From: Erysipelotrichaceae bacterium OH741_COT-311
GTDB taxonomy: Bacteria; Bacillota_I; Bacilli_A; Erysipelotrichales; Erysipelotrichaceae
Reading direction: 5' to 3'
DNA length: 32,000 nt
Assembly: GCA_003858585.1 (NCBI GenBank)
Contig: RQZE01000004.1
Span: 90,001 to 122,000, forward strand
Shown: positions 1 through 8,742 of the stretch, in pieces
How positions within the stretch are numbered: the stretch's first letter is position 1
Layout of the letters: the number at the start of each line of letters is the position of its first letter
Made by a program: the position numbers and the translations under genes
Notes under the pieces: generated by a model
What the model was told of the DNA's origin: nothing
The model's input: only the letters and a program-made list of their open reading frames with translations
The model's database searches: none

Positions 1-843
1 TTTTAAACCTACTAAATTCACATACTTATTACTTTGAATATTAATTGGCAATGCCTCAAATACTTCACTTGTATCCGTTACATAACGAGCATTTTCAATC
101 ACGAGTTCATCTCCCCACAACGATACCGCTTCAATATCAAAACTATAAATTTGCGATGTTGATGGCACAACATATTCTTCACTATAACCATCATCAAAGG
201 TAACCGTAAACTCTTCCCCTGTAATATCATACGCTTTAGAAACCTTCATTTGATATGTTTTACCATCCGAAATAACATCATCTGCAACATATTTCAATAA
301 TTTACTATCTGATGTTGTTTTCGTTAAATCAAACTTTAATTGTTTCTTTTCACCTAAATTAACATCAACAATAAGATCTTTTTGATTTCTATCTTTTATC
401 GGAATAAAGATATTCGCCAAATAACTTGAATCCGTCGATATTAATTCAAACCAAACATTTTGCTTTCCTAAAAAATACTGCTTATTTTCCAATTGTTGTA
501 CATAAGCATCTACTTGATCTAATAAGATTCCTTCACTTGTTCTAAAATTTGCCAAAGAAACATTAATAGAACTACCTTCCGCTTTAACACGAATTTTAGC
601 AATTACAAACTTAAAGTCAATATCATCGAACTTATATACTTTATAGTCCATTAAATCAACCAATATTTTATCTAAATCTTTACTTTTTTCCGGCTTTTCT
701 AAATTTCCTTGCTCAGGAAGCTTTATTTCTTCTTTTGCAGGACTCTTAAAAAAACTTATTTTAAATAAATAGGCTGTACTAGCAATCACTAATATACCTA
801 ATACAACAACAAATACTTTTAATTTTTTAGTTAAATTTTTCAT
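1..843 (-). CDS. Hypothetical membrane-anchored protein, 3' end cut by window edge (281 codons present)
   Basis: Hand translation of the minus strand from ATG at 843 (GGAG at 851-854) is open to base 1 with no stop, so it is absent from the ORF track. It begins MKNLTKKLKVFVVVLGILVIASTAYLF (one N-terminal TM helix), followed by a hydrophilic, beta-rich-looking sequence. I recognise no catalytic motif. Confidence 0.6.
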   Translation of the reverse strand, partial: MKNLTKKLKVFVVVLGILVIASTAYLFKISFFKSPAKEEIKLPEQGNLEKPEKSKDLDKILVDLMDYKVYKFDDIDFKFVIAKIRVKAEGSSINVSLANFRTSEGILLDQVDAYVQQLENKQYFLGKQNVWFELISTDSSYLANIFIPIKDRNQKDLIVDVNLGEKKQLKFDLTKTTSDSKLLKYVADDVISDGKTYQMKVSKAYDITGEEFTVTFDDGYSEEYVVPSTSQIYSFDIEAVSLWGDELVIENARYVTDTSEVFEALPINIQSNKYVNLVGLK

Positions 844-860
844 ATTAAATCTCCATAATA

Positions 861-869
861 ATTCTATCA
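861..869 (-). promoter_or_regulatory. Extended -10 promoter candidate for the hypothetical gene
   Basis: Minus-strand TGATAGAAT (TGn + TAGAAT) 17 nt upstream of the ATG at 843. No good -35. Confidence 0.4.
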
Positions 870-898
870 CATTCTCACTCAAATAGAGTAGATATTTA

Positions 899-927
899 TA
901 AAAAAAGCCCTTATAATCTAAGAGCTT
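899..927 (-). terminator. Rho-independent terminator after galE
   Basis: Minus-strand AAGCUCUUA-GAUUA-UAAGGGCUU (9 bp including one G.U) followed by UUUUUUU. Overlaps the galE stop codon. Confidence 0.75.
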
Positions 928-1924
928 ACTTTAAATTCTTTTGAAAATTCCAACTATCCTTACACATTTGATCCACATCACATTTTGCTTTAAACCCTAG
1001 TAATTCCAATGCCTTAGTAGGATCTGCATAGCATGTTGCAACATCACCCGGACGACGTTCTACAATCTTAAATGGCACTTCTTTGCCGCTAGCTTTTTCA
1101 AAGGCATTCTTCAATTGAAGTACGGAATAGCCCTTTCCTGTTCCAAGGTTAAAGGCTTCAATGGATTCATGATGAATAACATATTCACAAGCTTTCACAT
1201 GTCCTTGAGCTAAATCCACAACATGAATGTAATCACGAACACCAGTACCATCCACTGTATCGTAATCATCACCAAACACTCTTAGATAATCACGAATACC
1301 TACTGCTGTTTGTGCAATGTATGGAAGCAAATTATTTGGTATACCATTTGGTACTTCACCAATTAAACCTGATTCATGTGCCCCAATTGGATTAAAATAT
1401 CTTAATAACGCAATTGACCAAGTTGGATCTGACTTATACAAATCTTGCAAAATCATTTCATTAAACAATTTAGTTGTGCCATACGGATTTGTTGTACTTA
1501 ATGGAAAATCTTCTTTAATCGGCACTGTATGTGGATCACCATATACCGTTGCACTAGAAGAGAATACTAATTTTTTAACATTATGCTCCCTCATAATTTC
1601 ATATAAATTTAAAGATCCGGCTACATTATTTTGATAATACGTTAACGGAATACTTACCGATTCACCAACTGCTTTATAACCTGCAAAATGAATAACTGCA
1701 TCAAATTTATGTTCTAAAAACACTTGATTTAATGCTATTTTATCCAAAATATCTACTTGATAAAATGTTGGTTTTACCTTTGTAATATGTTCAATTGCAT
1801 CTAACACTGTAATAGATGAATTATATAAATTATCTACAATTACCACTTCATGTCCACTTTTGATTAATTCCACGCAAGTATGTGAGCCAATATAACCTGT
1901 ACCACCTGTAACTAAAATTTTCAT
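926..1924 (-). CDS. galE: UDP-glucose 4-epimerase
   Basis: N-terminal Rossmann motif MKILVTGGTGYIGSH and the SDR YxxxK motif (PYGTTK). Length and overall sequence are typical of GalE. Start moved to ATG 1924, preceded by GGAGGA (1929-1934). Confidence 0.93.
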   Translation of the reverse strand: MKILVTGGTGYIGSHTCVELIKSGHEVVIVDNLYNSSITVLDAIEHITKVKPTFYQVDILDKIALNQVFLEHKFDAVIHFAGYKAVGESVSIPLTYYQNNVAGSLNLYEIMREHNVKKLVFSSSATVYGDPHTVPIKEDFPLSTTNPYGTTKLFNEMILQDLYKSDPTWSIALLRYFNPIGAHESGLIGEVPNGIPNNLLPYIAQTAVGIRDYLRVFGDDYDTVDGTGVRDYIHVVDLAQGHVKACEYVIHHESIEAFNLGTGKGYSVLQLKNAFEKASGKEVPFKIVERRPGDVATCYADPTKALELLGFKAKCDVDQMCKDSWNFQKNLK

Positions 1925-1925
1925 T

Positions 1926-2783
1926 TTATCCTCCAATAGTATCTCTCTTTATTTCTTGTTTTGAAAAATAATACACCATACCCATAAGCAAAAACATCAT
2001 GATGAAAGAAGTAATGAATGTAGTATTTAACGCTATTATTATACCACTTTGTTTATATAATTCAAAAAGAGAACCAATCAGCAAACCCAAAATAATACAA
2101 TATGTTAATTGATGATACTTGTGAAGCATATATTTGATTAATTTAGCACCACCAATTAAACCAAAAACTGCACCTAGACCTGCAGGAATCAATAATGGAA
2201 TATAAAATTCAGCAATAATATATCCATAAATAGTTCCATAAGTTCCAATAATAATCAAAATCAATGAACCACTGATACCCGGAACAATCATTGTAGCAGC
2301 AGCAATTGCCATCGATAAAAAAATAACGATGAACGATGTTACATTCAATGATGTATATTTAATTAATTCTTTTGCACTTTCTTTATCTCCATTTGTAAAC
2401 GATAAAGCAATCATAATCCCTAAGGCACATATAAAAGCAATGTAACCTTTTGTTTGGATGGATTCATGTTGTTTGGCTTTATGTAAAATCAAAGGCAAAC
2501 TACCTAAAACAATACCTATGAAGCAAAAAAAGGTTTGCGTTGGATAATATTGTAAGGAAAGTTTCATTAACTTGCTAAATCCAACAATTCCTACTGCAAC
2601 TCCTAATAATAACGGTATAATAAACGATAAATTCTTTTTAATCACTGAAATATTTAATGTTACCAGTTCCATTAATTTATCATAAATGTTTAAGATAATA
2701 GCCATTGTACCACCACTTACACCTGGTATTACATTAGATACACCAATAATAATTCCAAAAACAACATACTTTAGCACATTCAT
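1926..2783 (-). CDS. DUF368-family polytopic membrane protein (PopT-type candidate polyprenyl-phosphate transporter)
   Basis: Very hydrophobic 285 aa protein with the duplicated DUF368 signature IPGVSGGT (N-half) and VPGISGS (C-half). ATG 2783 is preceded by AGGAGGA; the ORF-track GVG codon one position upstream is unlikely to be the start. Confidence 0.85.
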   Translation of the reverse strand: MNVLKYVVFGIIIGVSNVIPGVSGGTMAIILNIYDKLMELVTLNISVIKKNLSFIIPLLLGVAVGIVGFSKLMKLSLQYYPTQTFFCFIGIVLGSLPLILHKAKQHESIQTKGYIAFICALGIMIALSFTNGDKESAKELIKYTSLNVTSFIVIFLSMAIAAATMIVPGISGSLILIIIGTYGTIYGYIIAEFYIPLLIPAGLGAVFGLIGGAKLIKYMLHKYHQLTYCIILGLLIGSLFELYKQSGIIIALNTTFITSFIMMFLLMGMVYYFSKQEIKRDTIGG

Positions 2784-2794
2784 CACAGATCCTC

Positions 2795-3853
2795 CTAAGA
2801 TAATCGAATAATATCACGATAGGTTGAATAAATAACCAACATCAATAATAATATCATACTAATACTCATTAAAGCCATCTCAATTTTTTTGTTTATCGGC
2901 TTTTTAAATATCGATTCTAATAATGTGATAACTACTCGACCTCCATCTAAAATAGGAAGAGGAAGTAAATTTGCAATACCAATATTTAATGATATTAAAG
3001 CAAGCATCGATAAAAAGCTTGTAAATCCTAAATCGGAAGCCTTCGCTGTTGCATTATATATACCTACTGGACCGGATAAATTCTGCAATCCGCGACCTAA
3101 AAATAATTGACCAATCGCTTTAAAAATTAAATTAGCATTATCCAATAAATACTCCATCGTATAGCCAAAGGCATTTAACATCGTAACCTTAACTTTTTCT
3201 CCCGGAACTAGACGTATACCAACTACATAAGTTTCCGTTTCTGAGCTATAGATTGGCGTAACGTTTAATGTTATTTCTTGTTGATCACGTAATACTGTAT
3301 ACGTTCTAAGACCTCTTTCAGAAGCTAAAAACGCTACCATCTCTGTACCATTTTTTGGTTTGATGACAACACCATTCTCTAATTCGACCTTTAAAATTTT
3401 ATCACCTTTTAAAAATCCAACTTCACTTGCTACACTTCCAGCTACTACTTCATCAACAATAGGGAGTGGTGCTTTAATATGAACTTTATTGACAATTAAA
3501 AGACTCATAACAACTAAAATAGATAATATAAAATTCATCATAACACCAGCAAGCATAATAATGATTTTTTGATATGTCTTGATACCTTGTAATGTTCTAT
3601 GAAATGGTACATTGACTTCTACTTTGGTTTCTAAAGCATTTTCATTATCTCCAGCCATTGCTACAAATCCACCAATGGGAAAAAGTCGAATACTATATGT
3701 TGTCTCTTTAAACTTTTTGCTAAAGAGTTTTGGTCCAATTCCAATCGAAAACTCATGACAATATACACCAAACTTTTTGGCAGCTAGTAAATGACCTAAT
3801 TCATGCACCGTAACAATAACTGAAATTAAAACTATAAAATAAATAAAACTCAT
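2795..3853 (-). CDS. rseP: RIP site-2 metalloprotease (M50), RseP/RasP
   Basis: HELGH zinc motif in the first TM, a central PDZ-like segment and the NLLPLPILDGG motif. ATGA overlap with the dxr stop. Conserved position after dxr. Confidence 0.9.
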   Translation of the reverse strand: MSFIYFIVLISVIVTVHELGHLLAAKKFGVYCHEFSIGIGPKLFSKKFKETTYSIRLFPIGGFVAMAGDNENALETKVEVNVPFHRTLQGIKTYQKIIIMLAGVMMNFILSILVVMSLLIVNKVHIKAPLPIVDEVVAGSVASEVGFLKGDKILKVELENGVVIKPKNGTEMVAFLASERGLRTYTVLRDQQEITLNVTPIYSSETETYVVGIRLVPGEKVKVTMLNAFGYTMEYLLDNANLIFKAIGQLFLGRGLQNLSGPVGIYNATAKASDLGFTSFLSMLALISLNIGIANLLPLPILDGGRVVITLLESIFKKPINKKIEMALMSISMILLLMLVIYSTYRDIIRLS

Positions 3854-4995
3854 TTTAAACCCTCTATTTTTCTTCTTACATATTCTCTTGCTAAAGCATC
3901 GGCTTTTAAAATATCTTCTAAATTTGGATCTTGTTTAAACCATACATCTTTACATGCATCCATAACTAAATCTTCAATATCTAAGAAACGTATTTTACCT
4001 TTTAAAAATAATGCATTGGCTTCTTCATTAGCCGCATTTAAAACAGCAGGTAATGTTCCCTGTTTCTTTCCAACTTCATATGCCAACTTTAACAATGGAA
4101 AACGATTAAAACATATTTCTTTAAAATGCAAACTCCCTATCTTTCTTAAATCTAAAGCTTCACTATTATACACTTCTAAACGATTTGGGTAAGTAAGCGC
4201 ATATTGGATAGGTAGACGCATGTCTGCAAGACCTAATTGTGCCAAAACACTATAATCTTTAAATTGAACCATTGAATGTATAATACTTTCAGGATGCATT
4301 ACAACTTCAATATCTTCAAATGGAATATCAAATAACCAGTGTGCTTCGATTACTTCAAATCCCTTATTCATCATCGTTGCACTATCAATAGTAATTTTTG
4401 CACCCATATTCCAATTCGGATGATTTAAAGCTTCTTTCACGGTAACATTTTTTAACTCTTCACGCGTTTTATCTCGAAAAGAACCTCCACTGGCTGTAAT
4501 GATTAATTTACTTATCTCTTTTCTATCATTGCCTTTTAAGCATTGCCAAATGGCTGAATGCTCAGAATCAATAGGTAATAATTGAACTTTATGTTTCTTT
4601 ACAGCCTCATTTACAAACTTTCCTGCAACAACCAATGTTTCTTTATTCGCTATCGCTATATCTTTTTTTAATTCAATTGCCTTTAAAGTAGGAATTAAAC
4701 CCACAAATCCAACCAAAGCATTCACTAAAACATCATAAGATAAAGAGACTAACTGTAATAATCCTTCATCACCATGAAAAAAGTTAATATTAGGATATTC
4801 TTCTATGAGTTCTTTGTGATGTTGTGCCGTACATACATATGACACAGATACCTTTGTTAATATATCTTTTAAAACTTCAATATTATGTCCAACACTTAAA
4901 CCTACAATTTCAAAAGATTCTTTATGGTGTATGCATACATCAATTGTTTGCAAACCAATAGATCCACTTGCTCCTAACAATACAATCTTCTTCAT
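3850..4995 (-). CDS. dxr: 1-deoxy-D-xylulose 5-phosphate reductoisomerase
   Basis: N-terminal LGASGSIGLQT NADPH motif; full-length similarity to Dxr (SEHSAIWQC, NKGFEVIEAHWLF). ATGA overlap with cdsA. Confidence 0.95.
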   Translation of the reverse strand: MKKIVLLGASGSIGLQTIDVCIHHKESFEIVGLSVGHNIEVLKDILTKVSVSYVCTAQHHKELIEEYPNINFFHGDEGLLQLVSLSYDVLVNALVGFVGLIPTLKAIELKKDIAIANKETLVVAGKFVNEAVKKHKVQLLPIDSEHSAIWQCLKGNDRKEISKLIITASGGSFRDKTREELKNVTVKEALNHPNWNMGAKITIDSATMMNKGFEVIEAHWLFDIPFEDIEVVMHPESIIHSMVQFKDYSVLAQLGLADMRLPIQYALTYPNRLEVYNSEALDLRKIGSLHFKEICFNRFPLLKLAYEVGKKQGTLPAVLNAANEEANALFLKGKIRFLDIEDLVMDACKDVWFKQDPNLEDILKADALAREYVRRKIEGLK

Positions 4996-5759
4996 GCAAT
5001 CACCGTTAAAATACCAAAGAAAAATACCAAAGTAAATAATAAGGAATCAATACGATCTAAGGCTCCACCATGACTTAAAAAGATAGTTCCAAAGTCTTTT
5101 TTACCATAATGACGTTTCATTAATGAAAAAGCCAAATCCCCTACTTGAGCAACCAAAGGGATTAAAAAGGAAGTAATCAAATAGAAATGCAATGAAAAAA
5201 AGTGTGGTATTACAAAGCATGCATAGGCAAATGAAATCATAAAGCTAAATATCCACCCACCAATAAAACCTTCTACTGTTTTCTTGGGGGAAATACGTTC
5301 AATTAACTTATGTTTACCAAAAAAAGATCCCGCAAAATAAGCACCACTATCTGTTGCATAATTTGCAATCGCAACATAAATCATCAATAATCCACCATAA
5401 CTATATATCTTATAAATAGAAGCAACCGCAAAATAAAATAACATTGTCATCGTAAATACACCAGTGACATCTTCATATCCTACAGTTTCATCAAATAAAG
5501 CAAGTAAAAATAACACAAGAATAAATGAAATTAAGGTTAATATTTGATATTGCACTTTAAAAAAATATAGACAACAAAACGCAATCAACATAATGACATA
5601 TAATAGTATTTGAAAATTATTTTTTCGCAATGAGATAAACTCATAACATCCAATTAATATAAAAGCTGCTACTAATAGATGTAGTAAAAAACCTCCAAAA
5701 TATAAAGGTGGAAAAACTAGAAGAATTAAAAGTAGTGCGACCATAATTCTTTGTTTCAT
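4992..5759 (-). CDS. cdsA: Phosphatidate cytidylyltransferase (CDP-diglyceride synthase)
   Basis: Polytopic membrane protein with the C-terminal CdsA signature SLMKRHYGKKDFGTIFLSHGGALDRIDS. GGAGG RBS. Confidence 0.9.
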   Translation of the reverse strand: MKQRIMVALLLILLVFPPLYFGGFLLHLLVAAFILIGCYEFISLRKNNFQILLYVIMLIAFCCLYFFKVQYQILTLISFILVLFLLALFDETVGYEDVTGVFTMTMLFYFAVASIYKIYSYGGLLMIYVAIANYATDSGAYFAGSFFGKHKLIERISPKKTVEGFIGGWIFSFMISFAYACFVIPHFFSLHFYLITSFLIPLVAQVGDLAFSLMKRHYGKKDFGTIFLSHGGALDRIDSLLFTLVFFFGILTVIA

Positions 5760-5761
5760 AA

Positions 5762-6454
5762 CTAGATACCTCCAAATCTACGATTGCGTTTGTAAAAGTT
5801 TTCAAGGCATTTTAAAAACTGTTGCTCATCAAATTCAGGCCATGGCAAATCTACAAACATAAGTTCAGCATAAGCCAATTGCCATAATAAGAAGTTTGAA
5901 ATACGATACTCTCCGCTTGTACGAATTAATAAATCTAACGGTGGAAACTTAGATGTCATTAAATATTGCTCAAATCGTTCTTCATCTACAGTCTCAATCT
6001 TTCCTTCTTTGACATCTTTTAATACATGATTTATTGCTAGAATCATTTCTCTTCTAGAGCCATAATTCATCGCAAAATTTAAAATCATGCCTGTATTATT
6101 CTTCGTTTGATCCATAGCTTTTATTAAAACCTGAGCTGTTTCTTTTGGTATCTGATCCATTTCACCCATCATCATAATTCGAATATTCTTTTCCATTAAC
6201 TCAGTCATAAATTTATTAAAAAATAAAGCAGGTAGTTTCATTAAATAACTTACTTCATCTTTAGGACGCTTCCAATTCTCTGTTGAAAATGCATATAAAG
6301 TTAATACTTCTACTCCTTGATCATTAGCAGCAATCGCTATATTTCTAACATTATCTGTACCTTTTAAATGACCAAATGTACGCATTTTATTTTGTGATTT
6401 TGCCCATCGACCATTTCCATCCATGATAATTGCTATATGACGTATTTTTTCCAT
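5762..6454 (-). CDS. uppS: Undecaprenyl-diphosphate synthase (cis-isoprenyl transferase)
   Basis: HIAIIMDGNGRWA motif and C-terminal RRFGG. Start moved from the TTG at 6466 to ATG 6454, which has GAGGTG upstream. Confidence 0.95.
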   Translation of the reverse strand: MEKIRHIAIIMDGNGRWAKSQNKMRTFGHLKGTDNVRNIAIAANDQGVEVLTLYAFSTENWKRPKDEVSYLMKLPALFFNKFMTELMEKNIRIMMMGEMDQIPKETAQVLIKAMDQTKNNTGMILNFAMNYGSRREMILAINHVLKDVKEGKIETVDEERFEQYLMTSKFPPLDLLIRTSGEYRISNFLLWQLAYAELMFVDLPWPEFDEQQFLKCLENFYKRNRRFGGI

Positions 6455-6473
6455 CTTACACCTCAATATAACT

Positions 6474-6501
6474 ATTTTAGCATATTATTAACTTTACCCA
6501 A
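6474..6501 (-). promoter_or_regulatory. Sigma-A type promoter candidate for the uppS operon
   Basis: Minus-strand TTGGGT, 16 nt, TAAAAT, with TGC giving an extended -10. The -10 lies 19 nt upstream of the uppS ATG. Confidence 0.5.
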
Positions 6502-6514
6502 CAAAAATATGCTT

Positions 6515-6543
6515 AAAAAAATCATGTATAATTACATGATTTT
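6515..6543 (-). terminator. Rho-independent terminator after frr
   Basis: Minus-strand AUCAUGUA-AUUA-UACAUGAU (8 bp, extendable by flanking A/U pairs) followed by UUUUUUU. Overlaps the frr stop. Confidence 0.75.
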
Positions 6544-7087
6544 AAATCGTCATAATTTCAGCATCTTTTGCTTTAGCGATTTCATCCACTTTAGCGATAA
6601 ACTTATCTGTTTCTTTTTGAATTTTATCTAAACAATCTTTCTCTAAATCTTCTGTTAGTGTATCATCTTTTTTTACAAGCTCATTTACATCACGACGAAC
6701 ATTACGAATCGCAACTTTAGCTTCTTCCGCGTGTTTATTTACTTTCTTCACTAATTCCTTACGTGTTTCTTCTGTAAGTGATGGAACAGTAATACGAATC
6801 ACTGTACCATCTGACTGAGGAGGTAATCCTAAGTTAGAAGCATTGATTGCTTTTTCAATATCTTTTAAACTTTGTGAATCAAATGGTTTAATCACCAATG
6901 TTTTACCTTCACTTACCGTAATCGAACTTAATTGATTGATTGGTGTCATCATGCCATAGTAATCCACTTCAATATCATTTAATAGTCCTGGATTCGCACG
7001 ACCTGTTCTTACCGTATTTAAGTGTTCAGAAAATTGTTCTGTAACCTTTTGCATTTTTTCAGCGCATAAATCTAAAAATTGTTTCAT
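6542..7087 (-). CDS. frr: Ribosome recycling factor
   Basis: Full-length Frr similarity (RTGRANPGLLD, ITVPSLTEETRKELVK). Conserved pyrH-frr pairing. Confidence 0.95.
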   Translation of the reverse strand: MKQFLDLCAEKMQKVTEQFSEHLNTVRTGRANPGLLNDIEVDYYGMMTPINQLSSITVSEGKTLVIKPFDSQSLKDIEKAINASNLGLPPQSDGTVIRITVPSLTEETRKELVKKVNKHAEEAKVAIRNVRRDVNELVKKDDTLTEDLEKDCLDKIQKETDKFIAKVDEIAKAKDAEIMTI

Positions 7088-7088
7088 A

Positions 7089-7802
7089 TTATTTCTCCTT
7101 CTTTACTACAGTACCTATAACTTCACCTTTAGCAGCCTTTAAAATATTTTCCATATTATTCATATTAAAGACTACTAAATCGATGTTATTGTCGTTACAT
7201 AAGCTTGTTGCGGTCGTATCCATAACAGCTAAGCCATTTTTAATTAAATCCATATAGGTAATTTCATCAAATTTAAAAGCATCCAAGTGCGTTTTCGGAT
7301 CGGCACTATAGACACCATCTACACCATTTTTAGCCATCAAGATTACATCCGCTTTAATTTCAGAGGCACGCAATGCAGCAGTTGTATCCGTTGAAAAGAA
7401 TGGACTACCTGTACCAGCTCCAAAGATTACAACACGTTTTTTTTCTAAGTGACGATTAGCACGACGAACAATGAATTGCTCTGTTACTTTTGGCATATCA
7501 ATCGCACTCATAACTCGAGTCGGAACATCAATTTGTTCTAAAGCACTTTGTATTGCCAATGCATTAATCATTGTCGCTAACATACCCATATAATCCCCTT
7601 GAACACGGTCAATCCCTAAACTTTCAGCAAATTTCCCACGAATAAAGTTTCCACCACCAACAACAATGGCAATTTCAATATCAAGTTCATGCACTTTTTT
7701 AATTGTTAGAGCCAACTCTTTCAATATGTTTGGATCAAAATTATTACCATTTCCGGCTAATGCTTCTCCACTTAGTTTCAGTAATACTCTTTTATATTTC
7801 AT
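7089..7802 (-). CDS. pyrH: UMP kinase
   Basis: [13 protein letters not shown]-terminus and [10 protein letters not shown] motif. AAGGAGG RBS at 7808-7814. Confidence 0.95.
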   Translation of the reverse strand: MKYKRVLLKLSGEALAGNGNNFDPNILKELALTIKKVHELDIEIAIVVGGGNFIRGKFAESLGIDRVQGDYMGMLATMINALAIQSALEQIDVPTRVMSAIDMPKVTEQFIVRRANRHLEKKRVVIFGAGTGSPFFSTDTTAALRASEIKADVILMAKNGVDGVYSADPKTHLDAFKFDEITYMDLIKNGLAVMDTTATSLCNDNNIDLVVFNMNNMENILKAAKGEVIGTVVKKEK

Positions 7803-7821
7803 AATGCCTCCTTATTTTTAG

Positions 7822-7846
7822 AAAAAGGGCAAAAAATGCCCTTTTA
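7822..7846 (-). terminator. Rho-independent terminator after tsf
   Basis: Minus-strand AAAAGGGCA-UUUUU-UGCCCUUUU followed by U/C. GC core GGGC/GCCC with a U-tract. Confidence 0.8.
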
Positions 7847-7852
7847 AAATAA

Positions 7853-8740
7853 CTATTTACCTACAATACTTGCAACTTCATCTGCAAAGTTTTCTTCTTT
7901 TTTCTCAATACCTTCACCAACTGCATAACGAACAAATGATTTTACAGCTGTATTATTATTTTTTAAGAATTGACCACATTTTAAATCATTATCTTTAAAA
8001 TAAGGTTGATCCACTAAAGAAATATCTTGCAACGATTTACTTAAACGACCTTCAACCATACGTTCAATAATACCTTCTGGCTTACCAGCATTTGCAGGAT
8101 CGTTTTTTGCAATTTCAAATTGAATACTACGTTCATGTTCAATGAAATCAGATGGCATATAATCACGTGAAACGAATTGTGGAGACATTGATGCAACTTG
8201 CATTGCCATATCTTTTGCTACTTCTTCGCTTGTCGCACCTTCAAGCACAACTAAAGAAGAAATCTTCCCACCCATGTGAATGTAAGCACCGAATGTGTCA
8301 TTTGCATCTTTTTCAATTAATTCAAAACGACGCAACGTAATTTTTTCTCCAATTGTAGCTGTTGCATTTACTAATAATGCATCTAAATTAGAACCATCTA
8401 CTTCTAACGCTAAGGCTTCTTCTAATGTTTTTGCATTACTATTTAAAATTGTTGTCGTCACTTTATCAAGTAATGCTAAGAATTGTTCATTCTTCGCCAC
8501 GAAATCTGTTTCTGAGTTTACTTCAACTAAAACAGCTTTATTTCCATTTACAAGAACACGTGATAAACCTTCAGCAGCAATACGACCTGCTTTTTTTGCA
8601 GCTTTCGCAATTCCTTTTTCACGTAACCAGTCAATAGCTTTTTCCATATCGCCATTTGTTTCTGTTAAAGCTTTTTTACAGTCCATCATTCCAGCGCCTG
8701 TAACTTCTCTTAATTGTTTAACTAAAGCGGCAGTAATCAT
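7853..8740 (-). CDS. tsf: Translation elongation factor Ts
   Basis: N-terminal UBA-like LVKQLREVTGAGMMDCKKAL; full-length EF-Ts similarity. Follows rpsB. Confidence 0.95.
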   Translation of the reverse strand: MITAALVKQLREVTGAGMMDCKKALTETNGDMEKAIDWLREKGIAKAAKKAGRIAAEGLSRVLVNGNKAVLVEVNSETDFVAKNEQFLALLDKVTTTILNSNAKTLEEALALEVDGSNLDALLVNATATIGEKITLRRFELIEKDANDTFGAYIHMGGKISSLVVLEGATSEEVAKDMAMQVASMSPQFVSRDYMPSDFIEHERSIQFEIAKNDPANAGKPEGIIERMVEGRLSKSLQDISLVDQPYFKDNDLKCGQFLKNNNTAVKSFVRYAVGEGIEKKEENFADEVASIVGK

Positions 8741-8742
8741 TC

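Noticed and set aside
1317-1634. Other plus-strand ORFs in the track (1317-1634, 2889-3110, 6437-6631, 9236-9469, 9660-9896, 13439-13624, 14076-14264, 15941-16228, 16313-16567, 17135-17332, 17606-17869, 18309-18569, 19641-19940, 20908-21249, 23186-23434, 26440-26634, 30673-31032)
   Set aside because: Each is antisense to, and nested in or straddling, a confidently assigned minus-strand gene. They lack Shine-Dalgarno sequences and give hydrophobic or low-complexity translations. Long antisense frames are expected in AT-rich coding DNA.
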